A DNA stretch of 62,271 bases, the filler included, from Globobulimina sp. (lineage: Eukaryota), in assembly GCA_003354225.1 (NCBI GenBank). It is 32 parts of 32 records of this genome, joined end to end, with 100 filler letters (N's around TTAATTAATTAA, not from the genome) between each part and the next. Parts side by side here need not be neighbours in the genome. Positions count along the whole stretch, not along the records: positions 46,788 to 48,635 come from PIVH01011265.1; positions 48,736 to 50,583 come from PIVH01011266.1; positions 50,684 to 52,531 come from PIVH01011267.1; positions 52,632 to 54,479 come from PIVH01011268.1; positions 54,580 to 56,427 come from PIVH01011269.1; positions 56,528 to 58,375 come from PIVH01011270.1; positions 58,476 to 60,323 come from PIVH01011271.1; 25 more parts are not named here. One strand, given 5' to 3'. This document shows, one piece after another, positions 47,019 to 60,423 of the stretch (position 1 is the stretch's first letter; each line of letters begins with the position of its first letter). Made by a program: the position numbers and the translations under genes. Under the pieces are notes generated by a model, which saw only the letters and a program-made list of their open reading frames with translations, had not been told where the DNA came from and did no database searches.

Positions 47019-48635
47019 TTAAAACATCCTTGAAACCACAACAAAAACAAAAGCAATTGCACCAAATATTCCACATCGAGCCACTCCGCCAGCAATTTCT
47101 TTGGTTGTTGCGGCTAAGACTTCGGTTGTTGTTAACGTTGGAGACTCCGTTGGAGACTCCGTTGGCGTCCGGGTTGGGGTGAATGTATCCTCCGTCATAT
47201 CACAAATGCCAATGACACCAAAGTCCGCACACGACACTGTACCTACACCGTACAAACCTCCCCACGCAGCATCACAATCTGTATTACATTGGTACATAAA
47301 CACATTTTGAAATCCGAAGTAAAAACACTATGCTATACTATATAATATAATTGCAAAGAAAACTTAACCTGTATCACTCGCACATGTGGTTACACAAAAT
47401 TTAGGCATGAATTCAATAGGAAGACACAAATTGAAGGGCGCTTCGCAATCGTTATCACATTCGTCAGTGTACGAACATTGTCCAGTTGCTACAGTACAAG
47501 TCGTCGGTGCGCCTCCGTTAACCGCCACTGCCATGTCAGTGGCCCACAACTCGTCACACACATCGTCATCGCTGCAAGCTAATACACACATACTTGATAA
47601 ACTGCCATATGGATCGGCGGCATCTGTTGGCATTTGAATGGTACTACAAACATAACCATGCGCCTCATCACAGTCTGCCGAGGAATCACACCAAATTGGA
47701 ATAGACTCTGCATCACATTCATATTGATTGATAGACATATCATTACAAGGGATCTGGAGCGGTAGCAACACAAAATCGGAGGGTAAATTGAAATGTTCAC
47801 GCGCTTCAGGGAACATATTAAGAATCTCATAAATAACACCACAACCATGCACCAGACAGCCTTCGTCCACCGTACATCCTTCGCCTGCGACACATACGGA
47901 ATTCCAACCATATCCCTCCCAACAGTCCTGATCATAGTCGCACGATTCCCAACATGTATTATTATCATTACACAGAAAAGTGTCATTCCCGAAAGTGACG
48001 GCACACTCCGCATCATCAGCACAGCCCGCTAAATATTGGTACATACGCAAATTCGCAATAGGAAAAATCACGCAAATTCGCAATAAATTAATAGAATAGT
48101 ACTAAACGTGGGTCTACACGACATTGCTCATCAGTCACATCGCAGATATAATAAGGCCAAAAGGCAAAAGGGACATCGTCTGCAATGGGGTCACAACCTG
48201 TTATGGAACAGCCATAGGTACAAAGCCAGTCATCGCCGCAGGTATAATTAGCATCATATACCGAACAATTATCGTACGTAGCACACGGTATCGGGGCACA
48301 TAATCCGGTGTCATTATTACACAGAGAAATGAACTCATCATTATTATTATTAAAACAATAGGCATCACCGCCAGTATCCCTACATCCTTCCACGCATAAA
48401 TTATCAGCACAGACAAATCCAAATGTTTCCGTGCTATTGCAATCTGCATCAACGATACACGAATCCAATTCGCACAATCCGCTATCTTGACAAATATAAC
48501 CTGAACCTGGCGAATAATTATTATCACACTGCGTCTGATTCGCACAGCCATAATCACAGAGATTAGTGCCGCCGTTACAGACAAGCCCGTACGGCGAACA
48601 ATCTGCATCTGCGCTACAATCCACGTTCTGACATA
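47019..48635 (-). CDS. Cysteine-rich repeat cell-surface protein with PT stalk and C-terminal hydrophobic anchor, multi-exon, 5' partial
   Basis: Many CxxDxDC...C...C repeats; TPTRTPTESPTESPT; terminal GIFGAIAFVFVVVSRMF. Confidence 0.8.
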
Positions 48636-48735
48636 NNNNNNNNNNNNNNNNNNNNNNNNNNNNNNNNNNNNNNNNNNNNTTAATTAATTAANNNNNNNNN
48701 NNNNNNNNNNNNNNNNNNNNNNNNNNNNNNNNNNN

Positions 48736-49520
48736 AATTCAATGTCAACATCACTGGTTTGCATTTCTGCAAAAACATCCAAAGTGTTTGCAAAATCCTC
48801 CAGCAAAATTACAGATTTATTTCCTGCCAAATGTTTAAAAGTGCCCATTCTGGCAAATCTCTCTTGATATGACACTGGTAATTCATCTGTAAATTGTTTG
48901 AATTCAGTCTCGGTCATTCCAATGTCATTTTGATACGAACAAAACCGATCAAACACAGTATGGAGTAAATGTCTTTGTTGACTGAATAATTCTTCATACC
49001 ATTTACGTTCAATACTGGATACTTTGCCTAAAATGTCTTTAAGTTCCTCCATTGACTCTGCATTGAATTGTTCCATATTATATTGGATCCCTCTGAATAT
49101 CACTAAATTGTCTCTATGTTTTTGATTGGATATTTTTAATCGATTCTGTGTGTCTGATAATGTTGTATTTGCTGCGGATAATCTGTCAACTTCATGTTTT
49201 ACGCCATTGTGTTCTTTATGAAAATGGAGATTTAATTTTGAAAATTCGTCAATTTCAATCTTAAGATTTATTAATGTCTTAAAATGTTTTAAACCAAACA
49301 TACAAATAATTATTCCAATTATTCCTGATATAATAAATCCAACACTATTATCGATAATGTATAGTACTCCACAGACAATTGATAATATTGCAGCAACAAT
49401 AAAATATAGGAATGGTACATTGATTTGCTTTCTTTTTTGAATGGTTTGAAGGTCACTTGCAGCTGTTTCATCACTCATTGGCTTGACAACAAATGGTGTC
49501 GTATCATCATCAGATAGCAT
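48736..49520 (-). CDS. Two-TM plus coiled-coil hypothetical protein, 3' partial
   Basis: Two hydrophobic helices followed by a heptad region. Confidence 0.6.
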
Positions 49521-49722
49521 GTTAGTAGAAGAAATGTAAAATAAAATCGTAGGTTATTATCGGCTGTAATGTTTTTTGTTGCTTAAATAAATCTTTTTGT
49601 TCGTGGAATAAATCCGACAATTTAATGGCTGTTTATTCTACAGATTTATTCTACTATTGATTCTTAATTCTGTTATCTAAGTGTTTTTCTTAGTGATATA
49701 TTTATTTGTTTAATCTTATAAA

Positions 49723-50419
49723 CATGGTTTGCTCATCCAACTGTGTTTGTATTCCTAATGATGAAATGAGAACAGAAGGATTCATATTTATGGCAATTTC
49801 ATTTTTGCCATGTCTGCTAATCGTTTATGTTGCATTTCGATATTGCATCAAATCAATTGCGTTAAAATGGTCATATAAAATGGAAGAAAAATATGATAAT
49901 CACGATATATGCTATCAATATGACAGAATGCAAATCAATGAAATGCGTGGTATCACATTAAAATTACGTCTAATTATTAAAGGATATTCTTTATGTTCAA
50001 TGTTGTCACTAATTTATGTATCACTGAGAGAAACACTAAATTTTGACCAATGTTCCTTAATTAAAGGATATTGGATTCACAACAGTTATTTCCATATTGT
50101 AGTTTATATTTTATTATTTATCATATTTAATATGTTTTGGATTGATTCAACATTGGTATCAATGATAAATTATGCACAGTACTCACATTCAATTGGCAAA
50201 CATCAAAAAGAATATTGTTCTTCAATGCGATGTTGTTATTACATGGGATGCTGTTGTTTATGGGATGTATTTGCTGGCTGTTGTGGCTTGTTAATAAAAT
50301 ATGTTTCTTTTATACTCGATATTTTGGTTTGTTTAGCTATTGGCGCATCATGGACCATATATAACCCTTTAGGTATTTGTTACATATTCTCTTCAAATCA
50401 TTCTATCGCATTTAAATAG
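49723..50419 (+). CDS. Cys-rich multi-pass membrane hypothetical protein (3' end probably spliced)
   Basis: About 4 hydrophobic segments; the annotated stop TAG overlaps the MITE end. Confidence 0.5.
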
Positions 50420-50480
50420 AGTTAGTGCATTTAAGTGAAAAGAAAGTAAAATCACTAATTCAGTGCCATTTCATTCGTCT
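50418..50480. mobile_element. Truncated copy of the MITE at 2042-2126
   Basis: 33-nt identity AGAGTTAGTGCATTTAAGTGAAAAGAAAGTAAA plus similar internal sequence; right TIR absent. Confidence 0.75.
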
Positions 50481-50683
50481 CAGCAACGATATTAGTATGA
50501 TATTAGGGTTTTTCTGCAAAGATATCTGTGATATTTTGTGTTTTTGTGTCATCTGTATGATATTTTTTGTTTTTGGGATTCGCNNNNNNNNNNNNNNNNN
50601 NNNNNNNNNNNNNNNNNNNNNNNNNNNTTAATTAATTAANNNNNNNNNNNNNNNNNNNNNNNNNNNNNNNNNNNNNNNNNNNN

Positions 50684-52531
50684 GCACAAAGTACCGTCGA
50701 CCAGCAACATAGATATTGACACTCCCATCGGCATCAACAGCGATACCGGCAATACAAACATATCTCCCATGTATGATATTGCTATGACCCCACCTCCATC
50801 CAAGAGCAGAGTACGTGTGATTGGCCAATCTGACCCACACTCCGTGCAAAGCTCTCGCGAATTCAGCGAATCTCGTGAGTTTTCGTCCAAATTTCGTAGA
50901 ATGAGTCATCAAGTTCGATATCAACCTGCTGCCATCAAGAAAATCGAGCGACCGCTAAGCTTGGAAGAGTTGGACAAACTACGCGCAGAGCAATTAGATG
51001 TCGAACATTTGCAGACAGACAGTGCGGGACATATTGTTATCGAGAAAGAATTGCAGAAAAAAATCACAGAACACAAACTGACAGAGGATGCTTTGACTAA
51101 TATCGAGGCGAAAGAGCAAGAATCATTTGGCTCAAAAATTGTGAATTCGACCTATGTGCGCAAACTGGTGCATTTTGTGCGCAGTCATCCGGCGCTGTTG
51201 ACCTTGGTTTATATCATATTCACCGGTTTTGTCGAGTTTTTAATATTTTTTGACATCGTAACTGATGTGATCATCGCGGGAGGTTTAAGCACTTCGACCT
51301 ATCAAGCTTTTTTTACATTGGCTGCGGCCTTAATAATCACTCCTTATTTTATCGCCTGGAGCTCAGTGTGGGGGTTGATTGAGAAAAAGAGGGAACAGGT
51401 CGGCAAAAAGGACAGCAAACATATTATCTTTAAAAATCAACGTCGATATCGGATATTTGTGACTTTGTTTTCCTTCGCGCCGTGCGGTGTGATTATATTG
51501 ATATTGTTTGATGTATGGATTGTATTCGAATTCATCATCATTCGGCCATTGTATTTTTTGTGTAGATTTAAATTATTTCGTACCGATACGTTTGAAGAGT
51601 TGGGATATAGGAAATTGCGGAGAGTGTCTGAGGTGTGCTCGGAAACATTGTTTCAAGCAATTATACAGTTGTTGCTATTATTACTTTTGCGACATAAAGA
51701 CGTAGACAAAAATGACAGAAATCAGAACAGCGTCGGTAGCATTACTACATTTGATGTGGTATTGTCATTGTTGGCATCTTTTTTTGTCATGTTTTTATGG
51801 TTTGGTATTATTTTACGGTTTGAAGCGTCGTCGAATGGAATCTCGGTCATTGAATATTTGCCCATTGTGCTGCAAGGCTCATTTAAATTTGTCCCCTTTT
51901 TGCCAGCCATTGAGAAGGGAACGAAGAATGGCCTCAAAGTGAATTGGTGTCTGTTTAAATTCGATTTGAATGCATTGACTGCATTGGGTCAGAGCTTAGG
52001 CGCTCCGTTCTGTAATTTGCAATTAATAAAAGCGTCTACAAAAACATTTAAAAAATTGCCGCGTTTTGGCTGTAAATTGTTTGGTCGGATCATAAATACC
52101 GCATTACAGTCACCTATTACTGTGATTATATCGCGGCTGGATACAGATATGGAGGAATTATTTGAATTATTTGATACTGCAAATACAAAATATTTTAATT
52201 TTATCAACTTTTGCCGCGCCACACTCGCTCTGAGAGCACAGGACAAAGAGGTGCTTAAATACCAGGAAATATCGGAGATTTTTTATGAATTGGCCGGGAA
52301 TAAAAATTATGAACCAGATCCGGAGAATATTGACGAGGATAAACAACAAAAAGTGTGGTTATTGGATTTAATGCTAAAATTTAGAACCAGCAAGAAATAT
52401 ATCTCCATTTTGGACATCCAACAGCCGGAGGATTATTGCGTGAAAAAGCACGACGTCAACTTATTGACATTTGTGCGTAGTATGGGCTTTCAATCCGACA
52501 ATCACGAACACAATGTGATTTTGGCGGTGTG
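50684..52531 (+). CDS. XK-related-like multi-pass membrane protein with EF-hand-like motif, internal fragment
   Basis: FFDIVTDVII, SEVCSETLFQAIIQL (similar to XK ESAPQLxLQ), ELFELFDTANTKYFNFINF. Confidence 0.55.
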
Positions 52532-52631
52532 NNNNNNNNNNNNNNNNNNNNNNNNNNNNNNNNNNNNNNNNNNNNTTAATTAATTAANNNNNNNNNNNNN
52601 NNNNNNNNNNNNNNNNNNNNNNNNNNNNNNN

Positions 52632-54026
52632 TAAAGTTAAGACACAGTGAGCCTCCTTTTGATGTATTTTCCAATGTAAATGTTGATCTGTAAATGCATA
52701 TTTCGCATAAACAGAATCAACAACAAAACCAGCGCCGATATTGCAGGCATCTGTGGCTGCATAGATATTAATGGACGGCTTCTTAATTAAATTAAGTATA
52801 GGAACCGAACGAATATAATATGCATATTTCAGCCAGAATTTAAGATCATTTATGATGGAAAGGGGAAGGATAATCCAATCTGATTTTTTTATATATCCAT
52901 TGCGTATATTTTGATGGATATAATAAATGGAATTGTAAACCAAGGCTTTGGTGTTGGGATTAAGCTGGCTCCAATGCATAATTTTGCCAGTCAAGGACTC
53001 CAAGGCGCGACCAGAGACCACGCGATATTGGATAACCCAAGTTATGAATTTTTGTAATTGGAGGAAAGTTTTATGAGGGATCTGAGCTGTTTGACTGCGA
53101 AGGTTCCACTGTATACCATGAACGACAGATTCTTGACACGCTGCGACAGATTTTCCGTGGGAAACGGTGACATTTAGCTCTTTGAAGAGGTCATCAAAGA
53201 TTTGTTCCATTAATACGCAGTCTTGTTTGGTTTTGGCGGCCATGGTGAAATCATCAACATGGACACGAATGGAATTCAATAAATGAGGATATTTGAGATG
53301 TAATTTGCAATTATTAATAATCCAAACCAATAAAGTAGCAAAGTACTGACAGTTTGCAGGAGCTGATGATACTCCGTATGGTTGTTTTCTGTCTCTGAAT
53401 CGGAGGCCGAATAAGGAATATCCTAAAAAATCAGAATCAATTTCAGGTAAACCAATCTGGCGAAAGAAATCAGCCAAATCGCGTAAAGCAAAATATTTTT
53501 TATCATGGAATAATTGGGCATAGTCTTTCAAATTTGGGAGATCAATCATGGCACATTTTTCCTTTCTGATCCATTGGTTAATTGCTGTGGTATTTATGGT
53601 ATGGAAGGAGCCGTTGCGAATGACACGGACTTTTGTATAAAAACCAAAGTGATCTTTCTTTGGCACTGCGAATATCATTATGACATATTGAGGATCGTAG
53701 TTAATTGGCTCAATTTGGCCATTTTCACATTCGGAAATTATTTTGTCAACAATCGCAATCGCTTCACGTAAGGAATTGGCTCTGTTATATATATATTTCG
53801 ATAAATTGGAGGGATTTTCTTTTTTATTGAATGTTTTTAACCATAATGGAAAGCCATTTTTAATAAATTGTATCTCAACTTGTCCATTTTTCTTGTTTCG
53901 CAAATATTTCTCAAACGCATCAATATTTAATGCATTGCGATACTTAGATCCCTCGCTGTGAAGCTGTTGTAACTTAGTGACTTTTGCAGCGAGTTCCGGA
54001 GATATTGCTAGTATACAATAACAGAG
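52632..54026 (-). mobile_element. DIRS/Ngaro-type retrotransposon RT-RNase H, partial
   Basis: IFAVPKK...RVI, DLADFFRQI, PYGVSSAP, HVDDF, LESLTGKI, DLKFW, ATDACNIGAG, HQKEAH. Confidence 0.82.
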
Positions 54027-54659
54027 TCAATATGAAAAAATAGAAACGTTTCAGATAAGTTGGTGATAATCCAATAGTAACCCATTTCAATGATAGATTT
54101 GCAAATGGGATGAACCAGGATGAAGTTAGAGAGAAACTTGCGTAAAATTGAAAACTAAAAATTAAATAAATTCGCAAGAGAAACAATTTGAACTCTGCAA
54201 ACAAGAAAAATTTGGACCAAAAAAACATAAATTTACTACACAGGCAGTCAAAGAACAGCACAATAAATTGTTTGTAACTGCAACTATAAAATTGGTAGTT
54301 TTGAGACAAATTTGAGTAATAAAAATATATAAGAAACCAATCCCACGAAAGATAGAAATACATTGGATATTTGCATAAGAAATTTGTTGATATATAAAAT
54401 ATAAATTGAGTGATCTGAAAATAAAATATGATCTGACTTTGAATACAAATGAAGTTTATTTTGACGCCAATTCACATTTNNNNNNNNNNNNNNNNNNNNN
54501 NNNNNNNNNNNNNNNNNNNNNNNTTAATTAATTAANNNNNNNNNNNNNNNNNNNNNNNNNNNNNNNNNNNNNNNNNNNNATCCTTAAGCATCGATGACGC
54601 GGCTTCGGCGCGGCCATATTTACCATAAGAAATAGTATTTCATTGATGAGGCAACTCCG

Positions 54660-54960
54660 TCTCCGCCCATACACATCCTCCTCCACATCCACCTCCTACT
54701 CATCCACATCCTACACATCCTACACATCCGCCTATCCACCACCTCCTACTCATCCACCTCTTCCACATCCACCTTCTCCATCCACACCCACCATCCACAT
54801 CCACCACCTCCTACTCATCCACCTCTTCCACATCCACCTTCTCCACCCACACCCACCATCCACATCCACCACCTCCTACTCACCCACATCCTACACATCC
54901 GCCACATCACCCACCTCCTCATCCCACACCACGATAACCACACCACAAACACCAGCCAAA
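54660..54960. repeat. C/A-rich low-complexity minisatellite (CCACAT/CCACCT units)
   Basis: Includes a duplicated ~42-nt unit CCACCTCCTACTCATCCACCTCTTCCACATCCACCTTCTCCA. Confidence 0.8.
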
Positions 54961-55546
54961 TCCATCAATAATACCATATGTCACTATAAACTGTATGAAG
55001 TATAACAACAAATAAATGTATAAATAGAAACATGGAATAAATACTTAATTGAGTGATGATACGATCATTTGATGATCGCATTTTGGAGAATACATTGATT
55101 GTGCTGGATCGGACTTGTTGGCTGGTTCCATGACCTTAACTACTAAGTTCCTCATCGTCATTAGTCCACACAATGGATGTGTATGGATGGATTATATGAT
55201 GGATTTAATAGACTGATGGATTTGGGTACATTTTTTGTCTTTCTGGAGACAAGCCGAAAAAGATGCTAGCCCCCCGACTTTAATTAACACAAGTTACAAA
55301 GCCTTGTTTTCCCCTCTCCTTTAAAAAAAAATCAATAACTGTGGAATTATAAATATGTACATGGACATATTTGTAATTCCAAAAATATTACTGAATATGG
55401 GTAAAATACATAAAACATAACCACTCATCAGTCAGTTTCATTAAAATGATTGGAGTGCCCCAGGTTACTATTGTCTAAAATCTACTTGCCAGTCTGGCAC
55501 TCATTTTCCTTACACAATTTTGAAGCAGTTAGTACTTAGTACAGTC

Positions 55547-56427
55547 ATGGCACTGACAGACTTTGCGATAGGCACTTTGTTATCTGCGGCAGCAGCCATA
55601 CTATTTGGTGTTCATACATCATTTTCCAAAGTAAAGGCAAATATCCCAATGACAATCTACAATGTATATTATTTATTTGGTTCCTCAATCACCTGTTTCA
55701 TTGAATACATTATAATATTAGCATTGGGAGAAACTGTTCATTTCACATATCTCGGAATCATCGCAGCATTTCTCTTATTATGTTTCATCGAATTTTATTT
55801 ATTATCCACACAAAAAATTGGCCTTGCGTATGCCACAGGTTTCACTGTATTCAGTGCGAGCATTACAGCTCCAATCGCACAGCATATCCTCCGTCAACCT
55901 GTCAAATATTGGTATTTTATGGTTGCAGGCTTATGCATTTTATCCTTGTCCGTGTTTATGATCTCTATGCTGAAGGATATATTTATATGGTTTGGTGTAA
56001 TTAATCCAGATTCTTCCTCGCAGCAAATCATAGTTCCAGGCGGCGAGTTACCTTTACTCACAGTGGTGCTTTCAGGCAAAATGATATTGCCAAGGACTAG
56101 CACTATGGAATCATTTCCATTATTTTCCCCTCGCATTGACTCAGAAATGAAGTGCGGATGTGACTTATTGTTAGGTTTACTATTTTCAAGTCTATCTGGA
56201 ATATGCATGGATTTATTGCCGTTTCCTTCGTTATATGCAGCAGAGAACAGTCGTGGGTTAAAATTTTTTTTGTCGTTTGGTATTGGATGTATTGTTGTCA
56301 TGCCATTATGTGCTGTAATGATAATATTTGATAATAACAAGATTTATAAAAATAATGCACTGCTATCACTGCGGCAATTGTGCAGGTTTGATGATGAAAT
56401 TTGGCATTACAGAAAAGCATCGAAAGT
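55547..56427 (+). CDS. DMT-superfamily (TMEM144 / sugar-transporter-like) membrane protein, 3' partial
   Basis: A..LFG....SK, FTYLGI, IGLAYATG, GLLFSSLSGI...PFP; about 7 TMs. Confidence 0.62.
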
Positions 56428-56527
56428 NNNNNNNNNNNNNNNNNNNNNNNNNNNNNNNNNNNNNNNNNNNNTTAATTAATTAANNNNNNNNNNNNNNNNN
56501 NNNNNNNNNNNNNNNNNNNNNNNNNNN

Positions 56528-58225
56528 CAATTTAGTGTCCTCTTTGTTTATTTTTAACATTGTTTTGATATTTGTGTTTTTGAGCAATGTGTCGATGCCA
56601 TTATCGTTTGATATATAATTTGTTGCATCGTGTTGCCTCATTAATGCTAACAATATGTTCCTCTCGGTTGTAATATTAATATTCATAGCATCAATGTCCT
56701 TCAATCTATCCCTATTTTGCTGGTTATCAATCAAATTCAACTGATTTAGAATTATATTCATATTTTGTATTGCATTTTTATTCCAAATTTCCATTTTTAA
56801 TTCATTCATTTTATTATTTATTTTATGGAAATGATTCTCATAAATTTGAGGATACACAACAAATAAATATCTCATCATTTCAAAATACAATCCATATTTT
56901 ATTGTATTATCTGTTGAAAACATTGTTGAATACCAACCATTGAAACTAAAATATTTCTCAAAATTATTATTTTTCACTGTATCATTGTCACGAAATATAT
57001 TATATCTGTTATGTATCCATTCATCGTCAAAATCTAAACTAAAACCATAAAAATCACCATACCTTTTCAAATTTATTTCATTATAAATAACATCATTTAA
57101 ATGATACAAATACATAATACGAATCCCACGAAAGTGATAATGCCATTCTTTCATATTTTGTCCGTGATAAAACTTTTTCAAAACATTAATTTGTTTATCA
57201 TTCATTCGTTCCTTTCTCCAAATGGGTGGTTCCGTATTGTAATTATATGTTTGTGTTGCATTTAAATAATATTCATACAACACAGTAATATCTTTATTAA
57301 AATCGAAAAATTCCGCTGCTATCTTTAATTTATTAATTGACAATTTATCAGCGGCCCAGTGTTCATTGCATGTCATATGATATGTAAATCCAGATATTAT
57401 TGTTAATACAGGATCCCTTACAAAATGTATTTTAATGTTTTCATCTTTATTGCCTTGTAATTTATACAAACTCTGTGGAGTGTCTCTAAAACTTATCCAT
57501 GACATATATTCATAATATTCCTCATGAGTATGAAACTCGATGTTATCAGTAATATCACAATAATTACGAATGATATTTCTTAATTTATTTGCTAGAAATG
57601 TACCAGTTTTGTGGTGATACAGAAACATAATTGACGATGGAAATAATGTTGTACATAATGTGTTATTTACAATGTATTGATTTTCAAACATATATTGATA
57701 GCCATTGTATTTGTTATTTGCCGCACTCCATTCATTTAAAAATGTGGTTAATGAATTACTATTTTCAGTGCGATATAATGAGATTATATCTTTATATTCT
57801 ATACGGTGTACGGCATTATCTTTAGTTGTAAATATAATTTGATTTGGATATTTTGAATAAACACTACGTTTACTGAGATGATATCCAGACTGTGGATGAA
57901 ACCAAATGGAACCATTTGTAGTGATATATTTATTTTTATTCGTCAAATATACATTAACATTCATATGCATTATTATCTCGCCATGGGAGGGTTCTATCTG
58001 ATTTATATTCGAATGGAATAACATTAATCTTTCCAAACAAAATAATAAATAATTATTATCACATTTATCATAATAATTACATAACTCATTCGAGCTTATC
58101 ACATAAATGTCCTTATTTGTATTAATACGCGTATTTATTGTTGATCTCACATATGACACATATTGAAGTGATTCGATTGTAGGCTCCAATGCCATATATA
58201 CGATTTTTGCAGTTTTATCATCCAT
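56528..58225 (-). CDS. Sulfotransferase-like P-loop protein with an unknown N-terminal domain, 3' partial
   Basis: YHHKTGT (5'-PSB-like) and HFVRDPVLTIISGFTYH (3'-PB). Confidence 0.65.
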
Positions 58226-58812
58226 ATCACAAAATTTATTAATTAAATAGTATAAAATACTGTAACACCGTGAATTAGAAAAATCATTGTTTTTTCAGTG
58301 AAAAACATGCTTTTCATCGAAAATACACAGTTTGCATAACTTTGCATTGAAATTGCACTGATTTTACACACTTTTNNNNNNNNNNNNNNNNNNNNNNNNN
58401 NNNNNNNNNNNNNNNNNNNTTAATTAATTAANNNNNNNNNNNNNNNNNNNNNNNNNNNNNNNNNNNNNNNNNNNNAAGACTCCATAAGTAAAATTCACAC
58501 ATGGCCCATTGATAAAACTCTAAATAAAAATAAATTCCAAAAGGAATTATGGCGTTCCGGTCTTGTAAAATCAGCTGTAAGGTCCATGTCAAACAAAAGA
58601 GTACCACCGTTTAAATATAAAAATAAACAATTTCACTGCATTATAACCATGAGGGATGGAAAAAAAGAAGCATTAAAAATTGCCGGAAGATGGGGTTTTA
58701 AGCAAAAGGGGCGTACCATTTTTTTTGAGACTTCTGATTTTAATGAACTTTATCTAAATCTAATTAGAATCTCACATATGTCTAAATGAAGAAATCCGAT
58801 TATTTATTTATG

Positions 58813-60323
58813 TTACAATTTTGAAATGGATTCCAAGCCAATTGCACATCCATCAGCTCGTGGATCGGACCCAGCCCACAAAACACCATTTGTAGGATCT
58901 TTATAAATTATTTGGCCGCGACCAAAAACCTTTCTTTCATGTCCTCGCACAATCTCAATCTTCTCATGTTTGTATTTCTTCTTTAAATCCATTACAATTT
59001 TATCCACATTGGCTTGATCCTCAATCAATAAAACAGTATCTCGCCTGCTCTCAAACCGTGGATCGCCACTCTCCGCAGTGGCTGAAATACAAAACCTTGG
59101 CGCATCCAACGATTGCTGCGGATTCATTCCTTTGTCAATCATATTTGAAATAACCTGAAAGTGTCCCTGTGGCTGCATGAATCCACCCATTACGGAAAAC
59201 GTACAGTATAAACTATTGTTCCTTGTGGCTAGTCCTGGTATTATCGTATGGTACGGTCTTTTATTGGGACCAATAGAATTGGGATGACCTGCCACTTTCT
59301 TTTAAGCAGTACAGGAATATACGCATTTACTATACGCATTAATTTTTGACAGCTATATAGCAAAAATAAATATATTCCTGTACGACCTTAAAATTAAACC
59401 CTCGATTTTGTAATGTAAATCCGCATTCTTTGGGTATAATTCCAGTGCCAAAACCAGCATAATTTGACGATATCATCGAACATCCATTGCCATCCACATC
59501 CACTGCACCAAACGAGACTGTATCGCCTGATGGCAATGGCACACCATTTAGCAACGAGTCATCATTAATTTTATTCAACATTATCTGTTTGGAGGCTTTC
59601 TCTGCAAAATCTTTGGTCAAATATTCCGCAATCTCAATACATTGATTATGTTTATATGTCAAATCAGAAACAAATGTTTGTGCATAGCGGTATGATAAGC
59701 GCATACATTCAGTCTTAACATGCAAATCTTGAATATAACCATCCAAATCATCCATATTTGCTAACGATTTACTTTTATTCTCATAAAAATTCAACGCCAT
59801 TAAAGCAGCTATACCCTGGCCATTGGGCGGGATCTCCCAAATATCAATGCTTTGTTTGTAATTTATTTTGATTGGCTGCACAAATGTCGAGCTATGACTT
59901 CTTAAATCATCCTTTGTTAACAATCCACCTTTTTTACCAACAATATCAACAATTGAATCGGCAATAGATCCGTTATAATATTCACGCTTCCCATAAACCA
60001 TCAATTTACGTAAACTGTTCGCAATGTATTTATTCACCATAACATCACCAATTTTCGGAGCTAATTTTGTGTTTCTACCCATTGTTAATTCGTAATAGTT
60101 ATTGTAGATATTATTTGCATCAATGATAGTTTGCAATCCTTGCTGCCATAAATATGCTGTGATTGGACCAGGAATAAAGCCCTTTTCTGCTAAATGGATG
60201 GCTGGCATTAATACGCGTTCTCGCGACATTGTACCATATTTATCCAATAAGTCAAGCATTCCGGCAACATTTCCGGGAACGGTTGCCGAAATGTTTTTAA
60301 ATTCAGATTTCTCAAACAATCGA
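58813..60323 (-). CDS. ggt: Gamma-glutamyltransferase (T3), 5' partial; intron ~59300-59385
   Basis: TVPG, EIPPNGQG, catalytic DTVSF, SNYAGFGTG, LQNRG, KRPYHTIIP, MGGFMQPQGH, GSDPRADG. Confidence 0.95.
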
Positions 60324-60423
60324 NNNNNNNNNNNNNNNNNNNNNNNNNNNNNNNNNNNNNNNNNNNNTTAATTAATTAANNNNNNNNNNNNNNNNNNNNN
60401 NNNNNNNNNNNNNNNNNNNNNNN

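Noticed and set aside
54643-55005. Pro/His/Ser-rich ORF
   Set aside because: Explained by the C/A-rich low-complexity repeat; TTG start and no domain
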